Shown here: positions 62,322 through 64,000 of the stretch, one piece after another | Layout: each line of letters starts with the position of its first letter | How positions within the stretch are numbered: position 1 is the stretch's first letter | Assembly (NCBI RefSeq): GCF_018350175.1 | Contig: NC_058368.1 | Coordinates: 202,494,001-202,558,000 of the forward strand | Origin: Felis catus | Lineage: Eukaryota | DNA: 64,000 bases | Direction of reading: 5' to 3' | Translations under genes and position numbers: made by a program | Notes under the pieces: model-generated | What the model saw: only the letters and a program-made list of their open reading frames with translations | Told to the model about the DNA's origin: nothing | The model's database searches: none

Positions 62322-63157
62322 ATGTATTTACAGTATATGCTGTACTTTTCAAATTTTTCTTTGAAAAAAAACATTTTTTTTTTCAGGACCGGCCAGCTTC
62401 CCTTAGTCTTAGCTGAGCATCTTCTCATAGTGCGGGTGATCAGTGGTCTGTCTTCTCATTATCTTGATGAGTTGGAAGGAGAAAACTCAGAGTCTGACTT
62501 TCAGCATCATTCAGCCTCAGGAGCCAGGCTTTGTCTTTTGTTTTTCCACGTGGAGGCATTAAATTCCTTGTAATAAAATTTGTTATACTGCATATGATTA
62601 CCATGACTCTCTCCCTTCCTCATAGTAGCATCCTAGCATAACTTGGTTTGGGTGACTTTGTTTTTGTTCTACTGCTCAGGCACTGGGATGGTCTTTGTAC
62701 CCTCCCTGAAAATTCTGTTTTTATAAATTTTATATATAAGCATAATATCAATATATGGATATGTATAATTTTTACATCAATGCTTATGTCTGCTTATGTC
62801 TCACTTAGTATCTTGTCCATTTTCCTTCACTGAAGAGACTCATGTTTCTGGGAGCCTTCCATTTACTTTTTGCTCTTCATATGACAAGATTCCCTTCCTC
62901 TTCTTCAACCACTTCTTGGCTCAAAGTACTCACCAAATAATTTTTGGTTGCTTTTTTGCTGATTAATGATCCTCTGACTGAATTCTTCCTCTAAATTTTC
63001 CTCATGTGCAATTCTGATTGTCTTCATCTAAAGGAAACGTCCACAGAAGTTCCTTCTTGCCCCTGTTTTTCACACCAGCAGGGCCACAGCACTTACTTCG
63101 TTGGCCTTCTCAAGCTGTGTGTTTGTTAGGTTTCCTCCACTTTCTTTCTTTCAAAAA

Positions 63158-63371
63158 TTTTTAATGTTTATTTATTTTTGAGAGAGAGAGAGACAGAGTC
63201 AGAGCGTGAGCAGGGTAGAGGCAGCAAGAGATGGAGACACAGAATCTGAAGCAGGCTCCAGGCTCCGCAAGCTGTCAGCACAGAGCCTGACGTGGTGCTT
63301 GAACTTAATGAACCACGAGATCATGAACTGAGCCAGTCAGATGCTGAACCAGCTAAGCAGCCCAGGCACCC
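63158..63371 (-). mobile_element. Can-SINE (SINEC_Fc)
   Basis: 'aatgtttatttatttttgagagag...gagacacagaatctgaagcaggctccagg...cccaggcaccc'; TSD unclear. Confidence 0.93.
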
Positions 63372-63858
63372 TTAGTTCTCTTTATTTTGCTCAGAGCCCT
63401 GGTTATCCCTGTGCCACCGAAGCTCTTCCCAGGGGCCAGTGTGATCCTGCCAGTTCTGTGATCATGCTTCCATACACCATGCCTCTGCCCAGGTGTGGAC
63501 TTCTTGAACAATGTGAGGAGTCTGATGTGGTCATGAGCTTAAAGACATATATGGCTCTTCAGCTGCTCTGCAGGTGTGGATCAATGGGATACTTACAAAC
63601 TGATAGGAGGTTTTGCCTACAACAATTTAGGTTCTTTAATGCAAAGAGAAATAAATGATTGAGGTGCCAGATGTTTGACATCATGGGTAAAGTTCTCAAT
63701 TTTTTCCAATAATTTGTCCTGAAAAAATTAAAGGATCGTTACCAAATGTACTAGTTATCCAAAGAAAATGTTAACAAATTACCCAGAAAGTCTCTCATTG
63801 GAAGAGACATACTCTTGTTTATATCCATTAGAGATGTAAATCCTTTAAGATACACTTG

Positions 63859-64000
63859 TTTTATTATTTTTTAATTATTATTTTTTTATTTTATAAAGAG
63901 AGAGAGAGAGAGCATGAGCCAGGGAGAGAAGCATAAAGGGGAGAGAGAGAATCTTAAGCAGGCACAACACTCAGCATGGAACCCTGACAGGGGGCTTGAT
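63859..64000 (-). mobile_element. Older Can-SINE, cut by the window end
   Basis: T-rich tail, (GA)n and 'gaatcttaagcaggc...ctcagcatggaaccctgacagggggcttgat'. Confidence 0.85.

Noticed and set aside
1..64000. Prokaryote-style systems (CRISPR array, operons, defence islands)
   Set aside because: The sequence is mammalian. There are no regularly spaced repeat-spacer arrays and no long ORFs (longest 118 aa).

Overview
This is AT-rich, CpG-poor mammalian non-coding DNA, not prokaryotic. About 18 tRNA-derived Can-SINEs of feline type identify it as a felid genome, including one near-consensus young copy at 21681-21892. I found no credible protein-coding gene, CpG island, genuine tRNA/rRNA gene or CRISPR array, and the ORF track is explained by SINEs, microsatellites and chance. 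The content is mostly a transposon fossil record: Can-SINEs with target-site duplications (TSDs), MaLR/ERV solo LTRs (MLT1B/C/D, MER21, MER31, LTR33 and two LTRs I could not name), old L1/L2/MIR fragments, a Tigger2-type MITE, a hAT-Blackjack transposase remnant and many microsatellites. Repeat subfamily names come from my recall of consensus sequences and need RepeatMasker/Dfam confirmation. I see no convincing new biological system. The best leads are: a chimeric SINE-head element with a foreign 3' segment (43748-43930); a mirror-symmetric (GAA)22-AAA-(GAA)4-AAA-(GAA)22 tract; a class II-like solo LTR carrying 7 forkhead motifs; a SINE inserted inside a SINE; a UG-repeat-flanked candidate cryptic terminal exon; and an antisense bias of LTR/L1 elements hinting at an intron of a + strand gene.
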